Positions 33,094-43,584 are shown, counted from the stretch's first letter. The stretch: DNA of 64,000 nt from Clostridia bacterium (GCA_016292635.1 JAEDIC010000008.1:150-64149); one strand, 5' to 3'. A program made the numbers and translations. The notes: a model not told the origin generated them from the letters alone.

Positions 33094-34140
33094 ATGGAAT
33101 CCCTTATGCAGAGCGGAAAACGCATGGGCAGGCAGACGTTGATATTCTCCAATCCGGGTGCTGTCATAAGCTCCGGGGCAATAGTTGGACCTATGGAGGG
33201 CAGAGGGCCCCTCAGAGAGTGTTTTGACAAGGTATTGATGGACGATACATGGGGAGAGGACAGCTGGGAAAAGGCGGAGCGCAAGATGTTCGAGCAGGCG
33301 GTGCGCACCGCCATGGACAAGGTGGAGCTTAAGCAGGGGGACGTGGACTGTTTGCTGGGCGGCGATCTGCTGAATCAGATAATATCCGCAAACTTTGCCG
33401 CCCGTGAGCTTAAGCTGCCTTTTCTGGGGCTTTATGGGGCTTGCTCCACAATGGCGGAATCATTGCTGATAGGCGGGATGCTGCTTGATGGAGGCTATGC
33501 AAACTGCGTGGCCTGCATCGCAACAAGCCATTTTTCCACGGCGGAGCGGCAGTATCGCAACCCTCTGGAAATGGGGGGGCAGACCACCCCCACGGCCCAG
33601 CGCACGGTTACCGGAGCGGGGTGCAGCATTGCCGCCAACGCGAATTTTTCCGGCAGCAGGATATACCGCAATGTGTTCATTACCGCCGGAACTATCGGAA
33701 AAGTAATAGACCTAGGCATAACCGATGCAAACAATATGGGCGCCGCCATGGCTCCCGCTGCGGCGGATACATTGGCCGCGCATCTCAGCGACACCGGACG
33801 TGGCGTGATGGATTACGATCTGGTGGTTACGGGAGATCTGGGCAGATTCGGCAGCGAGATGTTCATAGACCTTTGCCGGGATAGCGGGATAGACCTGATC
33901 GGCAGGCATATGGACTGCGGCAACGTGATTTTTTCCAGGGACCAAAAGGTGGATTGCGGCGGCAGCGGCTGCGGCTGCAGCGCCGTGGTGCTTAATGCGC
34001 ATCTGCTTGAGCGGATAGAAAAGGGCGAGCTTCGCCGCATATTCTTCATGGCTACAGGGGCGCTGATGAGCCCCACCAGCAGCATGCAGAGCGAAAGCAT
34101 ACCGGGCATAGCCCACGGAGTAGTGCTGGAAAGGAAGTAA
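33094..34140 (+). CDS. spoVAD: Stage V sporulation protein AD (348 aa)
   Basis: Thiolase-like fold pattern (GLYGACST...). Position between spoVAC and spoVAE. AAGGGGGAAAA RBS. Confidence 0.9.
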   Translation: MESLMQSGKRMGRQTLIFSNPGAVISSGAIVGPMEGRGPLRECFDKVLMDDTWGEDSWEKAERKMFEQAVRTAMDKVELKQGDVDCLLGGDLLNQIISANFAARELKLPFLGLYGACSTMAESLLIGGMLLDGGYANCVACIATSHFSTAERQYRNPLEMGGQTTPTAQRTVTGAGCSIAANANFSGSRIYRNVFITAGTIGKVIDLGITDANNMGAAMAPAAADTLAAHLSDTGRGVMDYDLVVTGDLGRFGSEMFIDLCRDSGIDLIGRHMDCGNVIFSRDQKVDCGGSGCGCSAVVLNAHLLERIEKGELRRIFFMATGALMSPTSSMQSESIPGIAHGVVLERK

Positions 34141-34142
34141 GT

Positions 34143-34499
34143 ATGGATTATTTTTGGGCATTCGTTGTGGGCGGAGGTATATGCGTTATAGGTCAGCTGC
34201 TGATGAGCCTGACACGGCTTACCCCGGCCCGCATACTGGTAACGTTTGTTACAGCGGGGGTGGTGCTGTCCGCGCTTAACCTGTATGAGCCGCTGGTGGA
34301 GCTTGCGGGGGCGGGGGCTACCGTTCCCCTTACCGGATTTGGCTATTCCCTTGGCAAGGGGGCAATAGAGGCGGTAATGGAAAAGGGCGTGATAGGAGCC
34401 TTTACCGGCGGCATAACCGCCACGGCGGGTGGCGTAGCGGCGGCGATAGTATTTGGCTATATTTTTGCGCTTATTTTTAACCCAAAGACCAAGATGTAG
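34143..34499 (+). CDS. spoVAE: Stage V sporulation protein AE(B) (118 aa)
   Basis: Small 4-TM protein paralogous to SpoVAC (VPLTGFGYSLGKGA). The start lies 2 nt after the spoVAD stop. Confidence 0.9.
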   Translation: MDYFWAFVVGGGICVIGQLLMSLTRLTPARILVTFVTAGVVLSALNLYEPLVELAGAGATVPLTGFGYSLGKGAIEAVMEKGVIGAFTGGITATAGGVAAAIVFGYIFALIFNPKTKM

Positions 34500-34525
34500 G
34501 CAGATGTGAGAAAGCTGCCTATGGG

Positions 34526-34696
34526 AAAAACCCCCTGGGGGTTCGGGGGCGGAGGCTTCAATTGGATTTGGCGACCAGTGGGGCAAATCCGCAAAAGCCT
34601 TGCGCGGCAAGGGTTTCTTTACATGGCTCCCTGGCCGTGCCGCAAGCGCAAGGGAGCCATGTAACCCTTGAAAAAGTGGCCTAATGCCACTTTTTC
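34526..34696 (-). repeat. Structured multi-hairpin intergenic repeat element, copy B (inverted relative to copy A)
   Basis: The reverse complement aligns with 29638..29820, with the same hairpin series. An 11-nt deletion lies in hairpin 5 and most substitutions fall in loops or linkers. It ends in CCCCC-a-GGGGG plus T5. Confidence 0.8.
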
Positions 34697-34697
34697 A

Positions 34698-34738
34698 ACA
34701 TATAAAAAGTCCGGCTCAAGCCGGACTTTTTATATGTT
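34698..34738. terminator. Bidirectional intrinsic terminator (VanW gene / spoVA side)
   Basis: ACATATAAAAAGTCCGG-ctcaag-CCGGACTTTTTATATGT, a 17-bp stem with A/T runs on both sides. Confidence 0.8.
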
Positions 34739-34746
34739 GTAAGGTT

Positions 34747-36411
34747 CTATTGTGTGGTTGTTCCGGTGGTGGGATCCACCGTGGGCGTTGCAAGGGAGAG
34801 GTTGCCGTCATCATCGGCTACCAGCTGATACTGGGAATTCAGAGGCTCTCCCGCATAGCCGGGCCATACATAGTAGCGGGTGGGATGCATCTTGTAGGTG
34901 GTAAGGCCTATGGACTTGGTCTCAACTTCTTTGCCGGCCAGCTTATAGGTCTTGAAGGATTCGTAAACATAGCCGGTAACGGCGTCGTTCTTTATCATCC
35001 AGTAGGGGGAATACAGCGAGCTCTTTACTTCGTATTCAGGCGCACCGGGCACGAGAGTTTCAATCAGCTTTGAGCTGAGCTCTATCTCGTCGAATGTATC
35101 CGGGAAAGCTTCGCCGTATATATCGCAATGGACATAATAGTTTTTGGTGTCTATCCAGGTGAAAACATAGAGGGGGGATTCGGTATTGTTTTTCCACTGG
35201 AAGTCTATATCGCCGGTAACGGTGTTTATGGTGGCGTCAAGGCCGTCGGGATAGCCGCTGGGGGTGGAGTGGGGGCGGCGATAAACAACCTCATAGTCGC
35301 CATACAGCACCGCCATGTATGTGGTGGTGGCTATCTGGCATACGCCGCCGCCGGGCTGGTCTTCATGGGCTGCGCCGCCGGATATTACTGCTGAAGCAGG
35401 CTTCCAGTTGAGCGCCAGCGTACGGTCGCCCAGTATGCCGTTGGCGGAGAATACTTCGCCGGGCTGAAGGGTGGTGCCGTATACCATGCCGCAGGCCTTT
35501 TCAAGATTGAAGCAGCGGTTTTCGTTGCGGCGCTTGCTGCGGTAGCTTGTGGAGGCGGAGCCGCGAAGCACGAGGGATTCCTTCAGCGTCTCAATGGTGA
35601 TATCGGACTGTATGGGCGCCATCTGTACTTCGATATCGCCAAAATCCAGCGCTTCGCAGCGCTGTTGAACGGTTTCCATAAGGCCGGGGATATCCACGCC
35701 GTAGCCATCCACAGCCTCAACGAAATCAAAGAATACATCCCGCACATCGGTTATCGCGATTGCCTCCTCGCCCAGCTTGGCTTCCTTGGCGGCCTCGCCT
35801 ACAAGGCCAAGGTTGCGGGTGTCGGGAACCTTGGTGTTTTCTTTTATTTTTGGAATGCGCACCGTAAAGGTGGCGGGGGTGGGCTCTATGGTAACGGCGT
35901 CCGCGAAGGTATGTATGAAGGCTTCAATGCCGGTGGGTTCAACAGAGTATTCTATGGTAAATTCCCGGCCGTTCTCTTTAATATCCCGAAGCTGCTCCCG
36001 AATGTCGGTATATTCGCCATCCCGAACCAGGCCCATGGCTTCCTCCAGAACCTGCTCGGTGGTATAGGTGATAGTAAAGTAGGAGGAATCGGCGGCGTAG
36101 CTTTGACCGTTGCAGGTGAAATTAAGATGGACGCCGGCGGCTATGTCCTTTTCGACAGAGTCCTTAAGGGCGGTCCGAGCCGCATCCATGGTCATGCCAG
36201 AAATATCCACGCCGTTTACGGAAATGCCTTCATGGAAGGTGGTGCCGTTTATTATGGATTCACGCTGCTGCTCTCTGTATATGACAAAGTAATACAGAGT
36301 TCCTAACACTGCCACCAGAGCAGCGAGCACTATGAGCAAGGTTTTCAGAGCCTTGCCTGAGGATTGCTTTTTCTTTTTTCTCGAGGTTTTTTCTTTGGTG
36401 TTAGCTTCCAT
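34747..36411 (-). CDS. VanW family protein (membrane-anchored, 554 aa)
   Basis: ORF 34747..36489(-) trimmed to the ATG at 36411 (MEANTKEKTSRKKKK... followed by a TM). VanW core: GEVFSANGILGDRT...GGGVCQIATTTYMAVL. Confidence 0.85.
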   Translation of the reverse strand: MEANTKEKTSRKKKKQSSGKALKTLLIVLAALVAVLGTLYYFVIYREQQRESIINGTTFHEGISVNGVDISGMTMDAARTALKDSVEKDIAAGVHLNFTCNGQSYAADSSYFTITYTTEQVLEEAMGLVRDGEYTDIREQLRDIKENGREFTIEYSVEPTGIEAFIHTFADAVTIEPTPATFTVRIPKIKENTKVPDTRNLGLVGEAAKEAKLGEEAIAITDVRDVFFDFVEAVDGYGVDIPGLMETVQQRCEALDFGDIEVQMAPIQSDITIETLKESLVLRGSASTSYRSKRRNENRCFNLEKACGMVYGTTLQPGEVFSANGILGDRTLALNWKPASAVISGGAAHEDQPGGGVCQIATTTYMAVLYGDYEVVYRRPHSTPSGYPDGLDATINTVTGDIDFQWKNNTESPLYVFTWIDTKNYYVHCDIYGEAFPDTFDEIELSSKLIETLVPGAPEYEVKSSLYSPYWMIKNDAVTGYVYESFKTYKLAGKEVETKSIGLTTYKMHPTRYYVWPGYAGEPLNSQYQLVADDDGNLSLATPTVDPTTGTTTQ

Positions 36412-36491
36412 TATCTTTCCGCTTTCTCTTTGTTTTTTGATGAAAAATGCGGCGGCACGGGTACCCTTGGGCACATCGCCTATGCCCATAT

Positions 36492-36520
36492 ATTATATGT
36501 GATTTAAGGGATAAGGTAAA
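36492..36520 (-). promoter_or_regulatory. Sigma-A-like promoter for the VanW gene
   Basis: On the minus strand, TTTACC (36520-36515), 17 nt, TATAAT (36497-36492). Confidence 0.45.
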
Positions 36521-36579
36521 GCGTTTGTTGCCCTTTTGGATGCTGTGAATTTGTTAATTTTCTTAGTTTGAGGTATATG

Positions 36580-36608
36580 TTGCATAATGGTATTCCAAAT
36601 GTTAAAAT
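36580..36608 (+). promoter_or_regulatory. Sigma-A-like promoter for the ECF-S/coaX operon
   Basis: TTGCAT (36580-36585), 17 nt, TAAAAT (36603-36608). Confidence 0.5.
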
Positions 36609-36653
36609 ACTAAGTTGTGGTATGAATGGCAAAAAAGGGAGGAAAATACTGAA

Positions 36654-37292
36654 ATGAGAGAGAATAGCGTAAAAGCATTGGTCTTATATGGAATGTTTAT
36701 CGCTGTGATATTCTTGCTTGGCCTTACTCCGCTGGGCTATATTTATTTGCCCATGGCAGCCATAACCACAGTGCATATCCCCGTAATAGTGGGCGGATAC
36801 AGCCTGGGCAAAAAGGGCGGCGCCGTGCTGGGCTTTTTCTTTGGCCTTACCAGCTTTATTCGCTGCTTTACCACCCCTGATGCCACCGCCGCAGTCGTAC
36901 TTGGCACTGCTACCGGATTTGGCGTATATAACCTGCTGCTCGTCGTGGCGGTGCTGTTTTTGCCCCGTGTGCTCACCGGCTTGTTTTCTGCCATCGTATA
37001 TCAGCTTATAGGGGGCACCGGCAAGCGGCAGATAGCCGCAATGGGCGTAAGCGCTTTTGTGGGCAGCATGACCAATACAGTGTTTTATCTCGGCGGGTTG
37101 TATCTGCTCGCATTTGAGCAGACTGCTGATATAATGGGCGTTGCGGGCAGCGCTCTGCTTACCGCGCTCCTCGGCATAGTTGCAGGCAACGGCATAATCG
37201 AGGCGATAGCCGCCGTGATAATCTGCACCGCTGTGGGCAAGGCCATAAGCGCCTATACCGGAAGGAACAAAAACGAAGTAACGGAGAAATAA
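36654..37292 (+). CDS. ECF transporter S component (possibly pantothenate-specific, PanT-like; 212 aa)
   Basis: ORF 36615..37292 trimmed to the ATG at 36654 (GGGAGG RBS). Six hydrophobic helices with the typical S-component layout. Immediately upstream of coaX, which is the only support for the substrate guess. Confidence 0.8.
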   Translation: MRENSVKALVLYGMFIAVIFLLGLTPLGYIYLPMAAITTVHIPVIVGGYSLGKKGGAVLGFFFGLTSFIRCFTTPDATAAVVLGTATGFGVYNLLLVVAVLFLPRVLTGLFSAIVYQLIGGTGKRQIAAMGVSAFVGSMTNTVFYLGGLYLLAFEQTADIMGVAGSALLTALLGIVAGNGIIEAIAAVIICTAVGKAISAYTGRNKNEVTEK

Positions 37293-37296
37293 TCCC

Positions 37297-38064
37297 ATGC
37301 TGATGGTAATGGACATAGGCAATACCAATATTAAGACCGGCCTTTTCGTGGACGGCAAGCTTAAAAACTCATGGAGGCTGCAAACCAACCATCTGCGTAC
37401 ATCCGATGAGTACGGCACCATGATGGAGAACTTCTTTCGCCATCTGAATATACCCACCTCCGCTGTGGACGGCATAATAATGTCCTCGGTAATACCCTCC
37501 ATAAACTATACTATGGAGCACATGTGCGAGCTGTACTTTCATAACCACAGGGTAATGGTGGTAAACAGCGACATGAAGCTGGGGCTGAATATAAAGTACG
37601 ACCTGCCCTCTCAGCTTGGGTCAGACCGTATATGCAACGCCGTGGAGGCGTATCATCGTTATGGAGGCCCTTGTGTCGTTGTGGATTTCGGCACGGCAAC
37701 AAACTTTGCCGTTATATCCGCCGAAGGGGACTTTCTGGGCGGCCTTATCTGTCCCGGAATAATGGTATCCGCGGACGCCCTTGTGGAGCGTGCGGCAATG
37801 CTGCATAAGGTGGAGTATGTAAAGCCCGAAAAGGTTATCGGCACCAATACAAAAGAAGGAATACAGTCCGGCGTTATCCGGGGATATGTGGGCCAGGTGG
37901 ATTATATCCTCCAGCAGATAGAAAAGGAGCTGGGGGCAAAGCCCACCGTGGTGGCCACGGGCGGCATGTCCGGCATGATAGCCAGCGAGACAAAGCGGAT
38001 AGACATAGTGAACCACACCCTTACTCTGGAGGGCCTTGCCCGCATATACGAAATGAACAGGTGA
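37297..38064 (+). CDS. coaX: Type III pantothenate kinase (255 aa)
   Basis: Contains MDIGNTNIKTG, VDFGTATNF and ATGGMS, the ASKHA motifs of CoaX. Confidence 0.95.
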   Translation: MLMVMDIGNTNIKTGLFVDGKLKNSWRLQTNHLRTSDEYGTMMENFFRHLNIPTSAVDGIIMSSVIPSINYTMEHMCELYFHNHRVMVVNSDMKLGLNIKYDLPSQLGSDRICNAVEAYHRYGGPCVVVDFGTATNFAVISAEGDFLGGLICPGIMVSADALVERAAMLHKVEYVKPEKVIGTNTKEGIQSGVIRGYVGQVDYILQQIEKELGAKPTVVATGGMSGMIASETKRIDIVNHTLTLEGLARIYEMNR

Positions 38065-38065
38065 T

Positions 38066-38236
38066 TCAGCCACTTATATAATCAACAATATAACTGATGC
38101 TCAGCAGTAACTGCATAGCGAACAGCACATAGCACACATTGCGCCGGCGGACATCCTTCCGGCGCTTAAATATTTCCGCTCCAATAAGGGGCACAAGGGG
38201 TATTGCCCCGGCGTAAAGCAGCAGCAGTATGGTCAC
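38066..38236 (-). CDS. Small two-TM membrane protein (56 aa), not in the ORF track
   Basis: GTG at 38236 preceded by GGAGGA with 7-nt spacing (38249-38244 rc). Sequence: VTILLLLYAGAIPLVPLIGAEIFKRRKDVRRRNVCYVLFAMQLLLSISYIVDYISG. Two hydrophobic helices are joined by a basic loop. I translated this by hand, codon by codon. Confidence 0.4.
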   Translation of the reverse strand: MTILLLLYAGAIPLVPLIGAEIFKRRKDVRRRNVCYVLFAMQLLLSISYIVDYISG

Positions 38237-38423
38237 GGTATGTTCCTCCAGCCAAATGATAAATATACATGAAAGATAACATGGAGGCCATTTAAAGACG
38301 ATAGTGGGAAAGTGGAAAAGGGGGAATAATATAGTGCAGAAGGTGGAGGTGCTGTGCTATAATAAATGATACATATGGCGCAGCTGAATTATGGATCAAT
38401 CTATCATTTAAGGAGATAAATCA

Positions 38424-38705
38424 ATGGTAACCCACATCGTATGTCATAAGTATACCGACAGGGAAGAAGCAAAGAAGATAGCTCCCATGCTCAAGGCATT
38501 GGTGGGCAAGGTGCCCGGCCTTCTCAGCATGGAAGCGGGAGCGGATTTTGTCGGCAGCGCAAGGAGCTTTGACCTGGCGCTCATAGCCAAGTTTGAGACT
38601 CGTGAGGATCTGGCGGTGTATGCGGACCATCCGGAGCATGTAAAGGTAAAGGAATACATCCACACCGTGCTTGAAAAGGGCATATCCGTGGATTTTGAGG
38701 ACTGA
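38424..38705 (+). CDS. Dabb (stress-responsive dimeric alpha/beta barrel) family protein (93 aa)
   Basis: MVTHIV...FDLALIAKFETREDLAVYADHPEHVKV matches the Dabb pattern. AAGGAG RBS. Confidence 0.85.
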   Translation: MVTHIVCHKYTDREEAKKIAPMLKALVGKVPGLLSMEAGADFVGSARSFDLALIAKFETREDLAVYADHPEHVKVKEYIHTVLEKGISVDFED

Positions 38706-38717
38706 TAAAGCAATAAT

Positions 38718-40724
38718 ATGGGCGAGTTCAAAGTAGTATCCCCATTCCAGCCTCAGGGCGATCAGCCTGAGGCTATTGCCGCGCTGAGCGAAGGCGTAAA
38801 GGCGGGGGAAAAAGTGCAGGTGCTGCTGGGGGTTACCGGCAGCGGAAAGACCTTCACCATGGCAAAGGTGATAGAACAGGTGCAGAAACCCACCCTCGTG
38901 ATTGCCCACAACAAAACTTTGGCGGCCCAGCTCTGCGGCGAACTCAGGGAATTTTTTCCGAACAGCGCTGTGGAGTATTTCGTAAGCTATTACGATTACT
39001 ATCAGCCCGAGGCCTATATCGCCGCGTCGGATACATATATAGAGAAAGTCGCTACGGTAAATGACGAGATAGACAAGCTGCGCCACAGCGCTACCTGTGC
39101 GCTGAATGAGCGCAACGATGTTATAATAGTTGCCTCGGTAAGCTGCATATATGCCCTTGGCGATCCTGCGGAATACCTTAAGCTGTCCATTTCACTGAGA
39201 AAGGGGATGACCATAGACCGGGATGAGGTCATGCGGCGCTTAGTGGATATACAGTATCAGCGCAATGAGTATGATTTCGTGCGCGGCACTTTCCGGGCAA
39301 GGGGCGACGTGCTGGAGATATTCCCCTCAAACTGGTCCGACAAGGCCCTGAGGGTGGAGTTTTTCGGGGATGAGATAGATCGCATAAGCGAGGTAAACTG
39401 CCTTACCGGAGAAATACTGCTGGACAGGGCACACGTTGCCGTATTCCCCGCATCCCACTATGCCACCGGGCGGGATAAGCTTATACAGGCCCTTCAGGAG
39501 ATAGAAAAGGACCTTTATAAGCGGGTGGATGAGCTTAAGGCGCAGGGGAAACTGCTGGAGGCCCAGCGTCTTGAGCAGCGCACCCAGTACGATATGGAGA
39601 TGATGCGGGAGATAGGCTACTGCCAGGGCATAGAGAACTATTCCAGGTATTTTGACGGGCGAAAGCCGGGACAGCCCCCCTATACCCTCATTGACTATTT
39701 CCCCAAAGATTTCCTCATGATAATAGACGAGTCCCACGTTACGCTTCCCCAGGTGCGGGGTATGTACAGCGGGGATCTGTCCAGAAAGAAGGAACTGGTG
39801 GAATACGGCTTCCGCATACCCAGCGCATATGATAACCGGCCTTTGAAGTTTGATGAATTCAAAGAGCGGATACATCAGCTCATCTGTGTATCCGCCACGC
39901 CAGGCGACTACGAACTGGGCCTTGCGGAGCGTGTTGCGGAGCAGGTGATACGCCCCACCGGCCTTGTGGATCCCGAAATAGACATCCGTCCCGTGGACGG
40001 GCAGGTGGACGACCTGCTGGGCGAAATACGAAAGACTGTCGAAAAGGGCTGTCGTGTGCTGGTGACCACCCTTACAAAGCGCATGGCGGAGATGCTTACG
40101 GAGTATCTGGACGGCATGGGCGTAAGGGTGCGGTATATGCATTCCGAAATAGAGACCATCGAGCGCATGGAGATAATAAGGGATCTGCGCCTTGGAGAGT
40201 TTGACGTGCTGGTGGGCATAAACCTTTTGCGGGAGGGTCTCGACCTGCCTGAAGTTGGCCTTGTTGCAATACTGGATGCGGACAAGGAGGGATTCCTGCG
40301 TTCCGCAACTTCACTTATACAGACCATCGGCCGCGCCGCAAGAAATGCGGAAGGCCGCGTAATAATGTATGCGGATGAGATTACTCCTTCCATGAAGTCT
40401 GCCATGGATGAGACTGCAAGAAGGCGCGAAAAACAGAAAGCATACAATATCGCCCACAACATAACTCCAAAGAGCATAACCAAGGCGGTGCATGACATAA
40501 TCGAAATAAGCGGGCGGCCCAGGGAAATGGCGGAGGAAAATCTGGAGGCCCAGATAGACCTCCTCAGAGAACAGATGAGAGCGGCTGCGGCGGAACTGGA
40601 TTTCGAGACCGCCGCAAAGCTGAGGGACAGGCTGTTTGACCTTACCGGGGAGAACAAGCCCCAGAAGGCTGCGCCGGGAACCCCCGGCAGCAGGCGAAAC
40701 GCAAGAGGAAGAACGAGAAAATAG
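38718..40724 (+). CDS. uvrB: Excinuclease ABC subunit B
   Basis: Highly conserved throughout: [15 protein letters not shown], and the C-terminal UVR domain [12 protein letters not shown]. Confidence 0.97.
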   Translation: MGEFKVVSPFQPQGDQPEAIAALSEGVKAGEKVQVLLGVTGSGKTFTMAKVIEQVQKPTLVIAHNKTLAAQLCGELREFFPNSAVEYFVSYYDYYQPEAYIAASDTYIEKVATVNDEIDKLRHSATCALNERNDVIIVASVSCIYALGDPAEYLKLSISLRKGMTIDRDEVMRRLVDIQYQRNEYDFVRGTFRARGDVLEIFPSNWSDKALRVEFFGDEIDRISEVNCLTGEILLDRAHVAVFPASHYATGRDKLIQALQEIEKDLYKRVDELKAQGKLLEAQRLEQRTQYDMEMMREIGYCQGIENYSRYFDGRKPGQPPYTLIDYFPKDFLMIIDESHVTLPQVRGMYSGDLSRKKELVEYGFRIPSAYDNRPLKFDEFKERIHQLICVSATPGDYELGLAERVAEQVIRPTGLVDPEIDIRPVDGQVDDLLGEIRKTVEKGCRVLVTTLTKRMAEMLTEYLDGMGVRVRYMHSEIETIERMEIIRDLRLGEFDVLVGINLLREGLDLPEVGLVAILDADKEGFLRSATSLIQTIGRAARNAEGRVIMYADEITPSMKSAMDETARRREKQKAYNIAHNITPKSITKAVHDIIEISGRPREMAEENLEAQIDLLREQMRAAAAELDFETAAKLRDRLFDLTGENKPQKAAPGTPGSRRNARGRTRK

Positions 40725-40725
40725 C

Positions 40726-43584
40726 ATGAATGAACAACTTATCATCAAGGGAGCAAGGGAACATAACCTTAAGGATATAGACATAACCCTGCCCCGAAAC
40801 AAACTTATAGTATTCACGGGCCTTAGCGGCAGCGGAAAGTCGTCTCTGGCCTTTGATACCATATACGCAGAAGGACAGCGGCGGTATGTGGAATCCCTTT
40901 CCTCATACGCAAGGCTGTTCCTTGGTCAGATGGACAAGCCGGATGTGGACTACATAGAGGGTCTTTCTCCCGCAATAAGCATAGACCAAAAGAGCACATC
41001 CAACAACCCGCGCTCCACCGTGGGCACGGTAACAGAGATACACGACTATTTCAGGCTGCTGTACGCCCGCACGGGACACCCGCACTGCCCAAAGTGCGGC
41101 CTGCCCATTGAACGGCAGAGCATAGATGTGGTAGTGGACAGGATAATGTCCATTGGGGAAGGGCGCGTACAGGTCATCGCTCCCGCAGTGCGGGCCAAAA
41201 AGGGCGAGCACGCAAAGCTTCTTGAGCAGATACGCAAGGATGGCTATGTACGTGTAAGAGTGGATGGCGAGGTATATGATATAAACGATGTGCCTCCGCT
41301 GAACAAGCAGAAAAAACACACCATAGATGTGGTGGTGGACAGGCTTAAGATAAAGCCCGGCATAGAGAGCAGGCTGGCGGAATCCATGGAGACGGCCTTC
41401 GCATTCGGCGACGGTCTTGCAAAGGTGGATGTTATAGGCGGGGAAGAGCTTATCTTTTCCGAAAAATACTCCTGTCCGGACTGCGGCATAAGCATAGAAG
41501 AGCTCACCCCCCGTATGTTCTCGTTCAACAACCCATACGGCGCCTGCCCCTGCTGCGGCGGATTGGGTTCACTGATGAAGGTGGACCCGGATCTTGTTGT
41601 GCCGGATAAATCGCTGTCCCTTGCAGAGGGGGCAATATGCGTAAGCGGCTGGCAGAGCGGGCCAAACGGCGGCGGCATGGCGGATATGTACTTCGGAGCC
41701 ATTGCCAACCACTATGGGTTTTCTCTGGATGTGCCATATGAGCAGCTGCCTGAAAAGGCGAAGCATGTGCTCATGTACGGCACAGGAGAGGAAAAGCTTG
41801 AGGTAAAATATCAGCGTGAATTTGGCAGCGGCATATTCAAGACATCCTTCGAGGGGGTCATAACCAACCTTGAGCGGCGGTATCGCGATACCCAGTCCGA
41901 GGGCATGAAGCAGACTATCGAGGGCTATATGTCCAACATACCCTGCCCGGGCTGCGGCGGAAAGCGTCTTAAGCCCGAGAGCCTTGCCGTAACCGTTGGA
42001 GGGAAATCCATCGCCCAGGTAAGCGATATGACGGTATCCGAAGCGGGCGAGTTTATAAACGGCCTGAAGCTTACGGAAAATGAGACCATAATCGCAGAAC
42101 GCATAGTAAAAGAGATAAGCGCGAGGCTGGGATTCCTTAAAAACGTTGGTCTGGATTACCTTACCCTGTCCAGAGGCGCCTGCACTCTGTCCGGCGGCGA
42201 GGCCCAGCGCATACGCCTTGCTACCCAGATAGGCAGCGGCCTTATGGGAGTGCTGTACATACTGGACGAGCCCAGCATAGGCCTGCATCAGCGGGATAAT
42301 GCAAGGCTGCTGGACACGTTAAAAGGTATGCGGGATATGGGCAACACCCTCATCGTTGTGGAACACGATGAGGAGACCATGCTCAGCGCGGATTATCTTG
42401 TGGATATAGGTCCCGGGGCAGGGGAGCACGGGGGAAGGATAGTTGCCGAAGGAACTCCCACAGAAATAATGGCCTCCGAGGATTCAATAACAGGCCAGTT
42501 CCTGTCCGGGCGCAGGTTCATTCCCGTGCCGGAGCGGCGCAGGGATAATGGCGGCAGATGGCTTCGGGTAAAGAACGCCCGGGTAAACAACCTTAAGAAT
42601 ATCGATGTGGATATTCCCCTTGGGGTATTTACCTGCGTAACAGGCGTATCCGGCAGCGGCAAGAGCAGCATAGTAAACGAAGTAATAAAAAAGACGCTGC
42701 TCCACGACCTGAACCGGGCAAAGCACTGCCCAAAGGACGTATGCGATTCCATAGAGGGCGTGGAACTGCTGGATAAGATAATCGATATAGACCAGTCCCC
42801 CATAGGCCGCACCCCCAGAAGCAACCCCGCCACATATACCGGCCTTTTCGATATGATAAGGGATATATTTGCCATGACTCCGGACGCCAGGGTGAGGGGC
42901 TATAACAACGGCCGCTTCAGCTTCAATGTAAAGGGCGGGCGCTGCGAGGCCTGCCGGGGCGACGGTATGCTCAAGATAGAGATGCATTTTCTGCCGGATG
43001 TATATGTTCCCTGCGAGGTGTGCAAGGGCAAGCGATACAACCGGGAAACCCTTGAGGTAAAATACAAGGGCAAGAGCATAGCGGATGTGCTGGATATGAC
43101 GGTCGAGGAGGCGCTGGAGTTTTTCCATCCCATCGAGAAGATAAGGCGCAAGCTGCAGACTCTGCAGGATGTGGGCCTTGGCTACATAAAGCTCGGCCAG
43201 CCTTCCACTACCCTTTCCGGCGGCGAAACCCAGCGGGTAAAGCTTGCAACCGAGCTTTCCAGGCGGGATACGGGCAATACTCTGTATGTGCTGGATGAGC
43301 CTACAACGGGATTGCACATGGCGGACGTGGAGCGGCTGCTGGACATACTGAAGCGCCTTGCGGACGGCGGCAGCACCGTAGTGGTAATTGAGCACAATTT
43401 GGATGTGATAAAGTGTGCCGACCATATAATCGACATGGGCCCCGAAGGGGGAGCAGGAGGCGGTATGGTTATTGCGGCGGGCACTCCGGAGCAAGTTGCG
43501 GCGGTTTCGGGCAGCTACACGGGAAAATACCTTGCCCCAATACTTAAACGGGACAGGGAAAGAAGTGATAAAAATAAATCATGA
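40726..43584 (+). CDS. uvrA: Excinuclease ABC subunit A (952 aa)
   Basis: ORF 40636..43584 trimmed to the ATG at 40726, 2 nt after the uvrB stop ([18 protein letters not shown]...). Two ABC ATPase modules and zinc-finger Cys clusters. Confidence 0.97.
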   Translation: MNEQLIIKGAREHNLKDIDITLPRNKLIVFTGLSGSGKSSLAFDTIYAEGQRRYVESLSSYARLFLGQMDKPDVDYIEGLSPAISIDQKSTSNNPRSTVGTVTEIHDYFRLLYARTGHPHCPKCGLPIERQSIDVVVDRIMSIGEGRVQVIAPAVRAKKGEHAKLLEQIRKDGYVRVRVDGEVYDINDVPPLNKQKKHTIDVVVDRLKIKPGIESRLAESMETAFAFGDGLAKVDVIGGEELIFSEKYSCPDCGISIEELTPRMFSFNNPYGACPCCGGLGSLMKVDPDLVVPDKSLSLAEGAICVSGWQSGPNGGGMADMYFGAIANHYGFSLDVPYEQLPEKAKHVLMYGTGEEKLEVKYQREFGSGIFKTSFEGVITNLERRYRDTQSEGMKQTIEGYMSNIPCPGCGGKRLKPESLAVTVGGKSIAQVSDMTVSEAGEFINGLKLTENETIIAERIVKEISARLGFLKNVGLDYLTLSRGACTLSGGEAQRIRLATQIGSGLMGVLYILDEPSIGLHQRDNARLLDTLKGMRDMGNTLIVVEHDEETMLSADYLVDIGPGAGEHGGRIVAEGTPTEIMASEDSITGQFLSGRRFIPVPERRRDNGGRWLRVKNARVNNLKNIDVDIPLGVFTCVTGVSGSGKSSIVNEVIKKTLLHDLNRAKHCPKDVCDSIEGVELLDKIIDIDQSPIGRTPRSNPATYTGLFDMIRDIFAMTPDARVRGYNNGRFSFNVKGGRCEACRGDGMLKIEMHFLPDVYVPCEVCKGKRYNRETLEVKYKGKSIADVLDMTVEEALEFFHPIEKIRRKLQTLQDVGLGYIKLGQPSTTLSGGETQRVKLATELSRRDTGNTLYVLDEPTTGLHMADVERLLDILKRLADGGSTVVVIEHNLDVIKCADHIIDMGPEGGAGGGMVIAAGTPEQVAAVSGSYTGKYLAPILKRDRERSDKNKS

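Noticed and set aside
29632-34696. The idea that the inverted repeats form a phase-variable invertible promoter switch.
   Set aside because: No recombinase gene is nearby. The repeats enclose two complete operons together with their promoters, so inversion would not change expression logic.
38065-38423. LexA/SOS box (CGAAC-N4-GTTCG type) upstream of Dabb-uvrB-uvrA.
   Set aside because: I found only half-site-like GAAC/GTTC fragments (for example GAACATACCGTG) and no palindromic match. An SOS operator cannot be supported.
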